Made by a program: the position numbers and the translations under genes. Source: an uncultured Zetaproteobacteria bacterium (GTDB lineage Bacteria; Pseudomonadota; Zetaproteobacteria; Mariprofundales; Mariprofundaceae). Taken from it: DNA of 57,632 nucleotides. Of the stretch, positions 57,576 through 57,632 are shown piece by piece (position 1 is the stretch's first letter; each line of letters opens with the position of its first letter). The DNA lies in the NCBI GenBank assembly GCA_964442955.1, contig CAYUBK010000001.1, positions 1 through 57,632 of the forward strand, in the 5' to 3' direction. Below the pieces are notes generated by a model. That model made no database searches. It worked only from the letters and a program-made list of their open reading frames with translations, and had not been told where the DNA came from.

Positions 57576-57632
57576 AAGTTCTCCCATAAATATCTGACGT
57601 TATGAATTCAGCGCTTGAAGAGCTGCTTTTAG

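Overview
A mostly chromosomal housekeeping region from a proteobacterium of about 50-55% GC. Gene content and protein style suggest Zetaproteobacteria/Mariprofundus; this is an inference and was not checked. The window contains a cell-envelope/division run (ctpA, divergent polysaccharide deacetylase, DUF502, TPR protein, Csd6-like L,D-peptidase, GAF/DUF484-GGDEF protein, xerC), murJ with an exonuclease, rpsU-yqeY-dnaG-rpoD, zapB-like/zapA/6S RNA/5-FCL/ymdB, the mutS-glnD cluster, apbC, a hybrid histidine kinase, pdhABC-lpdA, acetohydroxyacid synthase genes, topA-dprA-LysM, plsY, an acyl-CoA ligase, thiE, an aldolase-SDR fusion and an AT-richer right end. I found no CRISPR array, tRNA/rRNA, IS or prophage. 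The best leads are: (1) a degenerate GGDEF domain with an intact RxxD I-site, fused to a GAF/DUF484 domain and overlapping xerC; (2) a candidate sigma54-driven small RNA with a C/U-rich loop upstream of mutS; (3) a family of 9-nt-periodic palindromic intergenic elements; (4) several genes that appear leaderless; (5) a Cys-rich micro-ORF followed by an orphan terminator. All of these are hypotheses from sequence alone.
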